A stretch of DNA of 64,000 bases from Guillardia theta CCMP2712. Taxonomy: Eukaryota > Protista > Cryptophyta. Below, piece by piece: positions 62,749-64,000 of the stretch (position 1 is the stretch's first letter; each line of letters begins with the position of its first letter). Below the pieces are notes generated by a model, which saw only the letters and a program-made list of their open reading frames with translations, was not told the DNA's origin and did not search any database. Position numbers and translations under genes: made by a program. The DNA is taken from NCBI RefSeq assembly GCF_000315625.1, contig NW_005434629.1, positions 483,230-547,229 of the forward strand, read 5' to 3'.

Positions 62749-63858
62749 ATGGAAATCTTGATACCTTTGCCGATGACGTTCGGATCCTATTCTGGTTCAC
62801 TGTTGAGCCAACGTCCCTTTCGCAGGACCATGTTTGCTGATCCGAACGTGCGATTCTCTTACCCGCACTCAGTCGCTGAGTTCTCATCTGTTACAGCGAT
62901 TGATCCTGCAAGGTTTCCCCCTCCTCTGAACTACCACGACATGGCAGAGCTGAACAACTTCTTTCGGTTTGAAAGAGACTCACCTCAAATGCTGCGTCTT
63001 CAACAATTGAACCCGTCCTCTAGCATTAGCGATAGGCGATTCTACATCAGACAGGATCCATGCAGAGGGTTGGAGTTTCTGGCGGCGTTTGAGGGGTTCG
63101 TGAAACTAGACGGGGCTGCAGATGTGCACTCTTTCCTTCACAGGATGGGGCAGGGGTACATGTTGTCTCCATATTCAATCTTCGGGAGAACAATCCATCA
63201 TTACTTCAAGCTTGCAGAGGAATACAATCGATTGCTTGAGGAGAATGCCCATTTGGAGGAAGAAAATAAGATGTTGCGGCAAAGATTGGACGAGTTGCAG
63301 CCACTGTGCAATGTTGAGCACCTTACATTTGGCAAATTGTGGAGTACGATCTTTCCGAATCGAGAGTGTCCGAACAGCATCGACGACATGTCGGAGAGTG
63401 ACCGTTGGACATACATCAAGTCAGTTGTGAATGCCCTCCATCCTGTCATGCGGGTCTTGGAATCTTGCTTGCTCAAGCTTGGACCGAGCTGCTCCATATA
63501 CAAGATGTTTGGCTACATGTGTGCGATCCCTCAAAGAAATGACTCTCTCTTTCACCTGGAGAACTTCCTCTCGGGGTTTGCCTCTTCCATCGCAAGCACT
63601 CTCCAGAGTCGCGTCTTGACGAACCATTCGGTCCGCAATGCAGTTCGTCGAATTGCCTCGTGTCTAGGGCCGGATGTTAAAAGGTCAGCGAGGAAATCAC
63701 TGGGAGAGGGAGCTAGACGTGACAGGACCAAGAAGGCGCGGGGCACTGAGCAAGAGACAGGCCCTGAGGCCGCCGCATCACTGATGACCGGCGTCTCCGT
63801 AGATCAGGAGAGCCGCCCGGGCCAGACTTCGGACCGGGCCGGGGAGCCGGCAGACTGA
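62749..63858 (+). CDS. Hypothetical intronless 369-aa protein with short coiled coil
   Basis: Long non-repetitive ORF, no recognised domain. Confidence 0.6.
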   Translation: MEILIPLPMTFGSYSGSLLSQRPFRRTMFADPNVRFSYPHSVAEFSSVTAIDPARFPPPLNYHDMAELNNFFRFERDSPQMLRLQQLNPSSSISDRRFYIRQDPCRGLEFLAAFEGFVKLDGAADVHSFLHRMGQGYMLSPYSIFGRTIHHYFKLAEEYNRLLEENAHLEEENKMLRQRLDELQPLCNVEHLTFGKLWSTIFPNRECPNSIDDMSESDRWTYIKSVVNALHPVMRVLESCLLKLGPSCSIYKMFGYMCAIPQRNDSLFHLENFLSGFASSIASTLQSRVLTNHSVRNAVRRIASCLGPDVKRSARKSLGEGARRDRTKKARGTEQETGPEAAASLMTGVSVDQESRPGQTSDRAGEPAD

Positions 63859-64000
63859 GAGTGTCCCCAGTCGGAACCGTAAGTTGAGTCAGTGGCGCCG
63901 GAGACTAACATTGGCAATACTCTTAGTTTGAGGAACTGAATCTTCATTGACTCAGTGAAAGGCTTCAACTGCCCTGATCGGACAGAGCACGACGGTTCCG

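Overview
Eukaryotic nuclear DNA from a draft assembly with N-gaps. Short introns, microsatellite-filled introns and the gene set fit a cryptophyte alga such as Guillardia theta (inference, not verified). Recognisable genes: a large chromatin protein (FYRN/FYRC-DDT-WHIM1-HMG-zfCW-ARID-WSD), a COG3044/MRB1590-like ABC-class ATPase, a GH29 alpha-L-fucosidase, a LYRM9-like/PDZ fusion, a TKL-type kinase, AIM24 (two copies), MnmE/GTPBP3, a secreted Cys-rich protein, a TAAC-like SLC25 carrier, a PAPST2-like SLC35B transporter, RPS4 and several hypotheticals. Main structural signals: (1) a decayed two-gene PIF/Harbinger transposon between ~1.9-2.3 kb inverted repeats that each carry a spliced AIM24 gene; (2) a second gene-bearing inverted duplication at 1.8-5.6 kb and a small third one around the last MnmE exon; (3) recurrent intergenic CCGG/GGCC/CTGAGT-rich islands carrying a conserved TACTCAAAGTTAAGTTAAAAATCAG core, where otherwise near-identical repeat arms diverge abruptly by many short indels; (4) two tandem Taspase1-like QxDG motifs in the FYR/DDT protein. 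Exon boundaries and several starts were read by eye and are approximate.
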